Assembly: GCA_002269645.1 (NCBI GenBank)
Contig: NIVC01000195.1
Location: 310,001 to 374,000, forward strand
Direction: 5' to 3'
Source: Macrostomum lignano
Lineage: Eukaryota
DNA length: 64,000 bases
The first letter of the stretch is position 1. Every line of letters starts with the position of its first letter. The notes beneath the pieces are model-generated. The model saw only the letters and a list, made by a program, of their open reading frames with translations. It was not told the DNA's origin and made no database searches. A program made the position numbers and the translations under genes. Below are positions 1 through 10,114 of this stretch, piece after piece.

Positions 1-6
1 AAACGC

Positions 7-1092
7 ATGGAGGAGCTCATCGCGAGGGTCAGCGTACAGTCGGGTACCGACACTCGGCGTCGCCGTCAACAGCGAGGAGGCGGCTGCTTCAACTGCGGCC
101 AGCTCGGACACCGTGCAGCGCAATGTCAGCAGCGAGAGAAACAGCCGGGTCCGATCATCTGCCACAAGTGCTCTGGGCGGGGCACAAGGCCTCTGTCTGC
201 CCATCGAAGGCTCCGGGAAACTTTTAAGGGTTGGTGCAACGGGTGCGGGACCCACACCAACCCAAGGAGCAATCCCGTGCTTCATGCTATTTTTATACCT
301 GGAGAGGCAAACGGCAAGCCGTGCCGCTGGCTGCTGGACACCGGAGCGCAGACCTCGCTGATCAGCGACGTTGCTTTGAGAGAGCTGGACGGTCGCTGCG
401 AGCTGAAGCCGGCAGATGTCAGGCCTGTGTCCGTGGACGGCTCCGTTCTCGAGCTGTTAGGAAGCGTGAGCATTACGGTGCGACTCAGTCATCAGCTGCG
501 CAGACAAATGGACGTTCTGGTGGTCAGAGGGATTCGCCCAAACTTCATCCTGGGGATGGATTTCGTGAGCAAAGCGGCCAGATCGCAGTTCAGCATTGAC
601 CAGGGTGCCAAGACAGTCACATTCGATGGTGAGGCGGTTCCGTTCAGTAACTGCGATTCCAAGCAAGATGGCCCGCTGTCTTGTTGCTTGGTTCCCACAG
701 TGATCATCGCCAGAGTTCAGGGCGCCGTCGTGGTACCGCCAAGGTCAGTTAAAGTGGTGGACGTGACGACCGAGACCAAGCAGGCACATGGCATCTTCGA
801 GCCGTCACAGGACTTCATCGACAGAATCGGAGTGCTGCCCGGCCGCGTGTTCGCGGTGTCTTCAGAGAGCGGCAAGATTCCGGTTCAGGTGTGCAACCTC
901 AGCTGCAGCCCGGTCACGCTGTTCTCCAACCAGAGCATCGGCACCTTCGAGAGCGCGGAGGTTATCGACGAGGACGAGGACGTGCACGAGTGGCGAGGCC
1001 CCGCAGACCAGTTCAACATCAATCCGGAGCTGCCGGAGGAGGACAACACGGCGTCATCGAGCCCTCCACCAGCCCGTGGGCGAGCAACCTGA
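7..1092 (+). pseudogene. Gypsy-1 gag C-terminus plus aspartic protease (frame-disrupted)
   Basis: CFNCGQLGHRAAQC is a CCHC knuckle. A second knuckle, CHKCSGRGHKASVC, is restored by adding one G at ~181. True gag ends GNF* at 225-227. Protease motif is LLDTGA. Confidence 0.85.
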
Positions 1093-3675
1093 AAAATCGT
1101 CAGAAAGAAGAATAATGACATCCGAGTCTGTGTAGACTGGCGGGCGCTGAACAACCTCACAGTGAAGGACGCCCACCCGCTGCCGCATTTGCACCAAGCG
1201 CTCGACTCCTTGGCTGGCTGCTCATGGTTCTCTACGATCGACATGCGCCAAGGCTTCCTTCAGGTGGAGGTCAGAGAGGAGGATCGGCCGTTGACAGCGT
1301 TCTACACTCCGAGCGGCCTGATGCAATTCCGCAAAATGGGATTCGGCATGTGCAACGCGCCTGCGACGTACCAGCGAATGATGGAGCTCATCATGACCGG
1401 CCTGAGCTGGGAGGAGGTCATCGCGTACATTGATGACCTGATCATCTTCAACAGGGACTTTGAGAACCACGTTCAGTCACTGTCCAAGGTGCTGCATCGA
1501 CTGCGGTCTGCCAAGCTAAAGCTGAACCCAGGCAAGAGCTTCTTTGCCTACCGGAGCGTCACGTACCTGGGTCACCAAGTCTCTGAGAGCGGCATCGCAC
1601 CTGCCGCGGAGAAGGTCGAGGCGATCAGGCGGATGCCGGAGCCGCAGTCTGAGGAGGATGTTCGACGCATCATCGGCATGCTCAGCTTCTACCGCAGGTT
1701 CGTGCCCAACTTCTCTGACATTGCCAAACCGCTGCATCACCTGGCTCAGAAAGGCGCGGGCGGCGGCTTCGTGTGGACGTCAGAGCATGCTGCGGTGCTG
1801 AACAAGTTGAAGGACGCGCTGACCCAGGCCCCGGTGCTCCAGCTGCCCGACTTCAGCCGGCCTATCGTCATCAGCTGTGACAGCAGTGCTGTGGCCTTGG
1901 GTGCGGTGCTCAGCCAGGAGCGCGACGGCCAGGAGCTGCCAGTGGCCTACGCTTCCCGGACGCTGAGCAAGGCAGAGCGCAACTACAGCACCACGGACCG
2001 GGAGCTGCTCGCCATTGTTTGGAGCCTCAAGCAGTTCCGCATGTACCTGAGCAACAGCTGCAAGATCCAGGTGTTCACCGACCACAAGCCGATCACTGGG
2101 CTGCTCAACGCGAAGGAGCCAACCGGTCGGCTGGCACGTTGGCTACAGCTCATTCAGGAGTTCCCCCTGGAGATCCTGTACCGGCCCGGCAAGGAAAACA
2201 TCGTGCCAGACACCCTCAGCCGAGCAGCGGCGGTGCAGTTCCAGATCGCTAATCTGCCTGACGAGCAGGACCAGGACCAGGTTCTGCACGCGGTTCGGCA
2301 CGCGATGCTCCAGCTCAACTTTCAAGTTCCGGCGGCGGTGAGTGCATCGGTCCAGAAGCTGCTGCCCTGTCTGACGCTGTCACCGGACGGCGCACTGCTC
2401 CACAACGGGTTGCCGGTGATCCCCCAGCACATGAGAGCGGAGCTGCTGCAACAGGCGCACGACCGGCCGAGCGCGGGTCACCTCGGACAGCGGCGGGTGC
2501 TGCGGGCTCTGCGCGAGCGTTCCTGGTGGCCGGACATGCGCGAGGACGTGCGGGACTGGGTGCGGAGCTGCCTGGTCTGCCAACGACGCAAGGGAGCGCC
2601 AAAGCGAGCGCGCGCTGAGCTGGTGCGGCAGCCGCTACCGGCCAAGCCGTGGGCTGTCATGCAACTCGACATCAAGGGCCCACTGCCAGTCACCGAGTCT
2701 GGCAAGCGCTACATCATCTGCTTTGTCGACACATTTTCAAAGTGGGTGGAGGCGGCGGCCCTCAGCCAGATCGACGCCAAGACGGTAGCCGAGGCTCTGG
2801 TGACCTGCGTGGTGCTGCGGCACGGAGTTCCGGAGGTCGTGCACTCGGACCAAGGTCGCCAGTTTGAGGCCGAAGTTTTCAAGCAGACCTGCGCGCTGCT
2901 CGGAGCAGAAAAATCGAGGACCTCACCGTTTCACCCCAGCGGCAACGGGAACGTCGAGAGGTTCAATAGGACGCTGGGCAACATGCTCTCCGCATTCTGC
3001 TCAGAGAATCAGGCCAGCTGGGACGCCCTGCTGCCCTATGTCGTGTGGGCCTACAACAGCTCTGAGCACAGCTCCACGGGCGAGTCGCCGTTCAAAGTGC
3101 TACGCGGCATCGAGCCCAGACTGCCGGTCGACTTGGCACTCGGTGGGCAGTGCGACCAGCCGCAGGACTGCGCGGACCTGCAGGCGAGAATCAGGCGCGG
3201 CTTTCAGGTAGTGCGGGCGCACCTGCACACGGCCCAGAAATCGCAGCACGAGTTCTACAACCTAGGGGCAGAGACTACCGACTTCAAGACCGGTGACCGA
3301 GTGATGCTGACGCACCATGCGATGAAGCGCGGCCAGTGCAAGTCGCTGTCGAACCGGTGGTCCGGCCCGTTCATTGTCCTTAAGAAGGTCAGCCCTGTGA
3401 ACTACCGGCTGCAGGCTGTGAACGGCAGGCGCCGCTTGCTGGTCCACCACGACCGCTTGAAGCGCTTTATCGACCGACCGAATCTGAGCGGCAGGCCGCC
3501 AGCCAAGCCGGCCACCGAGGACGACTGTCAGAGCGTCGAGGACGCCGCGGGCCAGCTGGCCGGCCCGGACGCGTGGGAGCCGCTGCGCAACCTGGACGCG
3601 GCTGAACCCGGCAACGCGGTGCGCCGGTCGGGCAGGCAGCGCCGGCGGCCGGATTTTTACACGGCGACCTGTTGA
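1093..3675 (+). CDS. Gypsy-1 pol: RT, RNase H, integrase
   Basis: KIVRKKNNDIRVCVDWRALN, YIDD (RT); ISCDSS, TDHKP (RNase H); H-x6-GH...C-x2-C; QLDIKG, HSDQG, GNVERFN (DDE integrase); GPF motif. The RT N-terminus is broken upstream of 1093. Confidence 0.92.
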   Translation, partial: KIVRKKNNDIRVCVDWRALNNLTVKDAHPLPHLHQALDSLAGCSWFSTIDMRQGFLQVEVREEDRPLTAFYTPSGLMQFRKMGFGMCNAPATYQRMMELIMTGLSWEEVIAYIDDLIIFNRDFENHVQSLSKVLHRLRSAKLKLNPGKSFFAYRSVTYLGHQVSESGIAPAAEKVEAIRRMPEPQSEEDVRRIIGMLSFYRRFVPNFSDIAKPLHHLAQKGAGGGFVWTSEHAAVLNKLKDALTQAPVLQLPDFSRPIVISCDSSAVALGAVLSQERDGQELPVAYASRTLSKAERNYSTTDRELLAIVWSLKQFRMYLSNSCKIQVFTDHKPITGLLNAKEPTGRLARWLQLIQEFPLEILYRPGKENIVPDTLSRAAAVQFQIANLPDEQDQDQVLHAVRHAMLQLNFQVPAAVSASVQKLLPCLTLSPDGALLHNGLPVIPQHMRAELLQQAHDRPSAGHLGQRRVLRALRERSWWPDMREDVRDWVRSCLVCQRRKGAPKRARAELVRQPLPAKPWAVMQLDIKGPLPVTESGKRYIICFVDTFSKWVEAAALSQIDAKTVAEALVTCVVLRHGVPEVVHSDQGRQFEAEVFKQTCALLGAEKSRTSPFHPSGNGNVERFNRTLGNMLSAFCSENQASWDALLPYVVWAYNSSEHSSTGESPFKVLRGIEPRLPVDLALGGQCDQPQDCADLQARIRRGFQVVRAHLHTAQKSQHEFYNLGAETTDFKTGDRVMLTHHAMKRGQCKSLSNRWSGPFIVLKKVSPVNYRLQAVNGRRRLLVHHDRLKRFIDRPNLSGRPPAKPATEDDCQSVEDAAGQLAGPDAWEPLRNLDAAEPGNAVRRSGRQRRRPDFYTATC

Positions 3676-3771
3676 CGTGCTTTCTTTCTGATCGGGACTT
3701 TTTTCGCGTTGCATGAACTTTTTTTGTTTGCTTTTGTTTTATCCCGTTTTTTTATCCCATGTATTTTTCTT

Positions 3772-3780
3772 GGGGGAGAG
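3772..3780 (+). promoter_or_regulatory. Polypurine tract of Gypsy-1
   Basis: GGGGGAGAG after a T-rich tract, 3 nt before the TGTAGGG LTR start. Confidence 0.8.
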
Positions 3781-3783
3781 TGA

Positions 3784-3993
3784 TGTAGGGTTGCGTTTGG
3801 TTTGGGCCGTCGGGGTGGGGGCTGCTCTATTAGTATATGTACTTGCATCTCGCTTTCTTCTCTGTACATGCCCACCACCCCAGTTGGGTGAGTCACTTTA
3901 ATCGATCTATCATCGCTGACTATTTAATCGCTCGTAAATTATCGTGCATCAAAATATACTTCGTAAACTTACTCTAAATTCTCGGCTCTTACA
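3784..3993 (+). repeat. 3' LTR of Gypsy-1 (~210 bp)
   Basis: Starts TGTAGGG right after the PPT and ends CTCTTACA (TGTA/TACA termini). The 5' LTR is outside the window, so the right boundary cannot be cross-checked. Confidence 0.65.
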
Positions 3994-4002
3994 CCTTGAT
4001 TA

Positions 4003-4242
4003 GAGGGCGTTGATAGGAATTGCTAGTGGCCTGGATCGGAGGGCATTGATAGGAATTGCTAGTGGCCTGGATCGGAGGGCATTGATAGGAATTTCTAGTG
4101 CCCTGGATCGGAGGGCATTGATAGGAATTTCTAGTGCCCTGGATCGGAGGGCATTGATAGGAATTTCTAGTGCCCTGGATCGGAGGGCATTGATAGGAAT
4201 TTCTAGTGCCCTGGATCGGAGGGCATTGATAGGAATTGCTAG
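4003..4242. repeat. 36-bp minisatellite, ~6.5 copies
   Basis: Unit GAGGGCATTGATAGGAATTTCTAGTGCCCTGGATCG. Confidence 0.95.
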
Positions 4243-4290
4243 TTGAATTGGAGAGTCTGGATTGCAGTAGTTCCGCAACTTTGCCCGCAG

Positions 4291-5584
4291 GTGAAGGACG
4301 GCTCGGTGCCGCTCGCGCTGGAGCAGGAGGGCGGCCAGCTGGCGGTGCCGATCCGCCTGCCGAACCGGCCGAACAGCCCGGCTGAAGCGGTCGGCTCGTT
4401 CAGCTGCAAGCTGTGCGGCGTGTCTGTGGAGTCGGCGATGACCGTGGCGCAGCACTGGGCCGCCGAGCACCCGCAGGCAAAGCCGCCATTCGGCTGCCCG
4501 GTCTGCCCCCGCACCTGGTTCGTTCTGCGCGAGCAGGCCGAGGCCCACCTAAAGGAAGCGCACTCCACCGATGCGAGCGTGGCTGCCGCAGCCGTCGACT
4601 GCGGCCACGCTGTCTGCGACGCCCCCGGCTGCAATTTCAGCAAAGTCTGCCAGCTGGAAGAGGCGGTCGGCCATCTGCTGCGCTGTCACTCGGCGGCAGG
4701 GGCCGACCAGCTCACCCTGGCCTGCCCGCTGTGCTCGCACATGCGCATGTCCTCGCTTGACCTGGCCAAGGCGCATCGGCGCATCGACCATGCCGGCGTG
4801 CCGCCCGACCTGATGCCGATGCCCCGGCTTAGCGGCCGGACCGCCAAGCTGATGCGCATTGAGGTGAGTGATTGCTCTGGCTGTGCTGCTTGCCGGCCTA
4901 TCCTGACAGCTAATCACTTTTTGCCTTTGCTTCCCGCAGCCGGTGCCGCAGGCCGCTTCCGTTTCAGCAGCCGCCACTTCCGAGGCGGCTGCTTCTATCG
5001 CGCCCGCGTCCGCTGCCGCAACTGCCGCGGCACCCGCTCGACAGGCATCGCCGCCGCTGCCGGAGGGCGGCGGGTCTCACCAAGAGCCGCCTGCCCCGGC
5101 GTCTGAGGAGCCGCAGCCGCCCGAGCTGCAACCGCAGGTGACTTCGGCGAGAACTGAGCCGACGCCGACGCCAACGCCAACGCCCACGCCAACGACGGAG
5201 CCGCAGGAGCCGCGCAGCGAGGCGGAGATGCAGAGAGAGATCGAGTCGCGAGGTCTGATCTTCGTGCCATCGTGCGACGTCCGCCTGATGGAGCCGCTCT
5301 ACCCCGGCTGCGACCCCTTGAACCCGACGTCGGCCGACCTCGCCGAGGCCTTCCGCGTGCTTCGCGTCTTGCCGCCCTCGGCACCCGCAACTGCCGGGGC
5401 GACCACCAACTTTGTGACTACGGCGGCCGGGCGTCAGGCGGGTGCTGCGGCGACCGCCCAGCTATTCGCCCTGCCGCAGGGTGGCGGCCGCGGCATCCCA
5501 GGCGGGGCGGAGCAGTCGGGCACGATGCCCTACCCGCCGGGCTACTTCGCGCAAGGAGGCGGGGGCGTCAGACGACAGCGATAA
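4291..5584 (+). CDS. C2H2 zinc-finger protein, last two exons (4291-4863, 4940-5584); upstream exons not in the window
   Basis: Four C-x2/4-C-x12/13-H-x4-H fingers (CKLC, CPVC, CDAPGC, CPLC). Acceptor TTTGCCCGCAG at 4290. Phase-0 intron GTGAG...CCCGCAG at 4864-4939 joins to a Pro/Ala-rich tail ending TAA. Confidence 0.75.
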
Positions 5585-6638
5585 ACTTCTTTTGAGTCTG
5601 TGCTCATGTTGTCCCAAACAGAATCAGCTGACAAGGTATTATCTATTAGTTTATAAACTGAAGTACTTCTCTTCTATGCTCTTCTAACTTAAATATTGTT
5701 TACATTTTAGTGTCTCTTCGATTGCTTTCTGCAGCTTCATATTTCTCCATAAAATGGATCGTAACCGTTTATAGTTCAAAAACTGCATCCCATTCTGAAC
5801 TTACTTATGCCCTTAATTTTCCACTTTGTGAATAGCATTGTGACTTTTTCGGCTTAGTTCGCACCAAGTAAGCGCGCGATTCTGTCTAACGTGTTTTTGA
5901 ATTGTCTTATTATGCAACCATTGTGCTGTAATTTGCTTTTATTTACAATACAGTTACTATCATCTGAATGTTTCTGTGAAATCCACTGATGAACTGTGAA
6001 TATTTCTTCTTTGTTGTTACTCAATTTTATTTGTTTTATTTCTGCTGTAAAGCAAAGTCTGATCGTTAATTTGCATTTTCGATATGGAGGCCACAAAAGT
6101 AGTTGAAGCTTACATAAATACTGCAGCAACCATAAGTATTTTAGGTGTTCGTCCTGTAACTACACAACTCTTTCCTGCTCGACTCTAACTTCAATTGAGG
6201 AGCAGCGAAAAGGTTAATGCAGCAAAAATGTTAATACCAGTTTTTTAAGCCTCTGGTAGCTTCCGTTTAAATTGATTTATTAAGCGTAGTTCTTGTTCGA
6301 TGTCTATTATAAATTCTCAATACGGCAATAATCGATGGCATTAAAAGTAAATAGCTCTAAACGTCTAAATATGCGCTCGTAATTGAAAATATTCGACGCA
6401 TTAACCAAAATAGGTTTTCAGGAATCCGATATATTTCGGCGACATACCGAGTAAGATAGCCATCATCAGTCCACAATAATTGTAGAAAAAGAGTATCAAA
6501 AGCTTTTTAATGTCAAGAAAACCCAAGGAAAGAAAAAACGAGGGAGAGAATCATTAAAAATTTGTTTACAAAGCGTACGTCACGTGGGCATTAACTTTTC
6601 CTGCAATATGTAATGTACTTTTAAACGATAGATACATA

Positions 6639-6897
6639 GGGCCTTTTCATATTACCAATTCCAGAACCAGAATCGGTTCGGAATTCCAAGAAAAACAGCA
6701 GTATAACTATTAAACTCTGTTAATATTTGACTGCCTTAACAACCTAACTTAGCACAATTTTTCACTTTCTTCTTGGCGATTGTCATTCAATAATAAAAAC
6801 TTTATAGCACGTATTTCCCTCTAGTTATGGAGACAAAAAGTTATACTTCACAAATTGATTCTGGTTCTGGAACAGAGCAAGCAATATGAAAAGGCCC
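6639..6897. mobile_element. MITE, 259 bp, PIF/Harbinger-like ends
   Basis: TIR GGGCCTTTTCATATT / AATATGAAAAGGCCC plus inner inverted block TTCCAGAACCAGAATC / GATTCTGGTTCTGGAA. ATA flanks both ends (3-bp TSD). Confidence 0.7.
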
Positions 6898-7208
6898 ATA
6901 GAGAGCGAGAGAGAGAATCATTAAGATTCGTTTAAAATGGAAAATTTCGCTAATGTCGCCGAAATGGACTGTTTACCGGACTTTTTACTCCGTTATCAGC
7001 ATCTATATTTTAAAACAAATTCTAGCTTGGCCTTTGGGACTTAAAGTTGTCTTTACTAAATAAACTATCTTTACTTATTTATCTATCTCCTTTCTTTTTT
7101 CTTCGTAAGAACTTTGTAATATATAATAAGAACAAATCTAAGAAGCAGTTCTATTATCGCGGTCGATTTAAACTGTATTTACTCCGACTACCGAGCCCGG
7201 TCCTGTAG

Positions 7209-8298
7209 TGAGGTGGGGCGGAGAAAGGTTTATAACAAGAAATTTTTCGAAAGTTGGTCGTTTGAAAAGCTGGGTTTCCTCGAAACCGAACGGCGTTGAG
7301 TTCGCACGAATTGAATCCGGAAAAATCCGTGTGGCCGAATCCCAATAGAATGTCTCGTAGATACTCCGACTGCCGGGGTCCTCAATCCCGGGGGAGGGTA
7401 GTTTAGTCGTAGACGAGCGGTCTTCGTTGGCGCGAGCGTTCAGAACGGGTCCTCAGACACCGAATTTATCGTATCTCGTATGTTTGACTTAACTGGTTAC
7501 TAACAGTAGAGTAGCGCTGCCACCACCGTAATTCGCGTATTACGGAACGTTGGAGTCTCAGAACTTGCTTCGAGATGAGACTGGGTTGTTTTACGCCCCA
7601 CGGGCAAATGACTCAAAATAAGCTAGGCTTCAGGCTATTAATAAAAATTAACGTAAAATCGACTGTTTTATTAGTTCGTAAAAATTCAGGTAGTAAAAGT
7701 ATAAGGGACCGAACCCTACTCCGGCGGATGATTTGCCGGTGCCGCGGTGCACGACTGAATAAAACGGCTTACGCTAGTTGTAGTTAGATTGGGCGAATTA
7801 AATATTAGTTGTTAAATTGAATAGGGAGAGAGAGCGAGGGTGGGCACAAAACTTAAAGAAGAACCTAAACCAAACTAAAAACCAAACTAAACCTAACAAA
7901 ACACAACACACAACTAAAAATTGGGCAGCACTAGGGCACCATTAAATAGAGAAAAGGAGCGCAAAAGATGGACAAATGGGGTCAAACATTGGTGGCAAAA
8001 GGTGGTCACGGGGTCCAAGCATCGAACAAACAAAAAAGACACGGAAAGATAGGGAGTTAAACAAAATTTCCAAAAGAGGGACGCAGAGGACCAGAAAAAG
8101 GAGTGGGAAGACCAACGCAAGAACGGGGAGACTGACGAAATAAGCCAACGACTGGGGGCACAGGGTGGACACAGAGGACCAAAAACTGGGGACAGCGGGA
8201 ATGGGTCAAAAGGTGGTTTAATAAGTCACGTAGAATAAATTTAGAAATTAAAATATTCAAGTTCGCTAAATTGTTAGTGGCAGCCCCCAACTGCCACA
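7209..8298 (-). repeat. 3' LTR of Gypsy-2 (1090 bp)
   Basis: Direct repeat of 16569-17659. Minus-strand termini TGTGG...CCTCA. Confidence 0.97.
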
Positions 8299-8345
8299 GT
8301 CTCGGGGGAGCCGCACTTTTCAAAAAGCTTCGGACCTCCCGGTCC

Positions 8346-8993
8346 TCACTGGTAGCGCCCTCGATGGGCGACGGCGCGTCCTCCGCGATTGGCCGGCCGG
8401 GTGCCGCGGGGCGGGCCTCCGTCCGCGGCGGCCGCGTCAGCAGTCGGTGGGGCCGGGGCCGGATACGCACTGCTCGAGGCCGAGGTCGATGGGGCTGGGC
8501 GCAACGGCCAGCCTACGAGCTGCACTTGGCCATCTACGTACAGCAGCCGCTCGGAGCGCTTGGCCACGGCCACGTCCCAGAAGATACGTAGGCGGGGGAT
8601 CCATCCGTCGGCGAGATGGCCCGCCTCCCAATAGGCAATGGCTAGAAAAAGGGCCAGGGCCGGACGCTGGGTCCCTCCGCGCTGTAACAGGCATATCTCG
8701 GCTTGGTGCAGTTGCTCGTCGAGCAGATCGCGGGTATGTTCGGGCCGCATCAGCTTCAGTAGGATGCGCCAGGGCGCGTCGAGTTGAATCCGCCCTCGCC
8801 GGGATGCCTGTCTCCGGGCTTCATCAAGTTCCGTTTTTAGTCGCTGACGGATGGGAGCCGCGCCAGTCAGAGCGGCCGATAAGGTCCGCAGCTCTTCGGA
8901 TTCTCCTCTGCGGAGCCAGGGTGCTCGAGCAGATGGGGGTTCGGGTGCCGGCGTCGGGTGACTAGCAGCTCCTGGGTTGGCGTTATTGTACAT
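8346..8993 (-). CDS. Gypsy-2 accessory ORF3, 215 aa, unknown function
   Basis: Uninterrupted ATG-TGA ORF in a GC-rich island between AT-rich non-coding DNA, same sense as pol, ending 47 nt before the 3' LTR. Preceded by a CTAAT branch-like motif and a CAG acceptor (~9013). Confidence 0.65.
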   Translation of the reverse strand: MYNNANPGAASHPTPAPEPPSARAPWLRRGESEELRTLSAALTGAAPIRQRLKTELDEARRQASRRGRIQLDAPWRILLKLMRPEHTRDLLDEQLHQAEICLLQRGGTQRPALALFLAIAYWEAGHLADGWIPRLRIFWDVAVAKRSERLLYVDGQVQLVGWPLRPAPSTSASSSAYPAPAPPTADAAAADGGPPRGTRPANRGGRAVAHRGRYQ

Positions 8994-10114
8994 ATCGACG
9001 GCGGGCTCGCAGCTGATAGTCGGCAGATAAATAAGCAGTGAATATTAGCAAAAGGGATTAATATACAGAGAAGATAGATATATATATACAAGGAAACTTG
9101 CGAATAATAGCGATTGAGAAGCTTAATTACAAAATGAATGTCGCACGGAGGCAAAGTCAAAGTTAACTGATTTGGGGGCTGAGAAAATGAAACGCATCCT
9201 TAAATACTTTTCAACAGGCCAGGTTTTGGCCAGCAGGGCCAAAAGCTGGGTAAAACAGATTCACCACCCCCCGCCGCGCACTCCAATTGAGGTTACGCAG
9301 AGAAACTGGGGGGGGGAGGAGCCATAAAAATTGGTAAACCACGAGATAGGGGTGCGGTGCCGCCTTGTCAAAACTTAGGCTGGGCTTCAGATCGATGAAA
9401 CGAGAAGGCCCCAATTGGGCTCACAAGAACAGGGGTCGCTTGTGAAACTATAGAGTCGCAAACACCAGTTTTAGAATTACACAAATGGCGGCAAAAGAAC
9501 AAAATCGGGGTGCCTAACCAACATTTATATAGAAATAGCAGAATAAGAGATAATAACTGAAAAAGGCATGCAGGTCTCCGTAAGGAGCTATACAAACAGA
9601 GGGGAGGAAAGGCACTGGGAAAATTTTCCCAGGCTCGGCTCGATCGGAACAAAAACGGGAGCCTCGATTTAACACGGCCTTGAACAAAGAGGGCCTGCTC
9701 CGGGTGCGGCAGGACAGAGAGTTAACCCGACTGGTTGAAAAGTACATTCGGTTTGAAAACTGGGCTGAAAAGGTTTTACAAGAAATTTGAAAAATGTTAC
9801 GCGTTTATGTTACAAAGATGAGCAAAATTTCAGCACTTTGGGCGTGTGCGAAGAAATTATAGCTAACTTTCACAGAACAGAAAGGGGGAAACTCACGCAA
9901 AGCTGCGGTATCGCAGGTGGATAAATAAAGGCGCATTGGTGCGGGCTTTTACCGGAAAGCCTAAGGCTAAATATGAGCGCAGTGGTGCAGGCTTATCATA
10001 ACGCATCGCATAAGCATGAGCACGTAGTAACATAGGTTATAGCTTTTATCCGGAAAGCTTAAGGAGAGGGGAATAAAACGCTTTGACAGGAAGCAAAGGT
10101 TGCAATAAAGAATC

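Larger units (their letters stand above)
1..3993 (+). mobile_element. Ty3/Gypsy LTR retrotransposon (Gypsy-1), 5'-truncated by the window edge, probably defective
   Basis: Order is gag zinc knuckles, protease, RT, RNase H, integrase (Gypsy order), then PPT and a TG...CA LTR. It carries an internal deletion at ~1047 and several 1-nt frameshifts. Confidence 0.95.

Noticed and set aside
7178-7208. Flank sequence TACTCCGACT.CCG resembling LTR positions ~7362-7376, suggesting insertion into an older related LTR
   Set aside because: Only ~13 matching bases and no extended alignment; compatible with chance.
7575-8172. Small ORFs within the LTRs (duplicated at 16936-17533)
   Set aside because: Short, low-complexity products of the T-rich LTR strand; the duplication merely reflects LTR identity.
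8346-8993. ORF3 as an envelope gene
   Set aside because: No signal peptide, furin site, Cys pattern or transmembrane anchor, and far shorter than env proteins.
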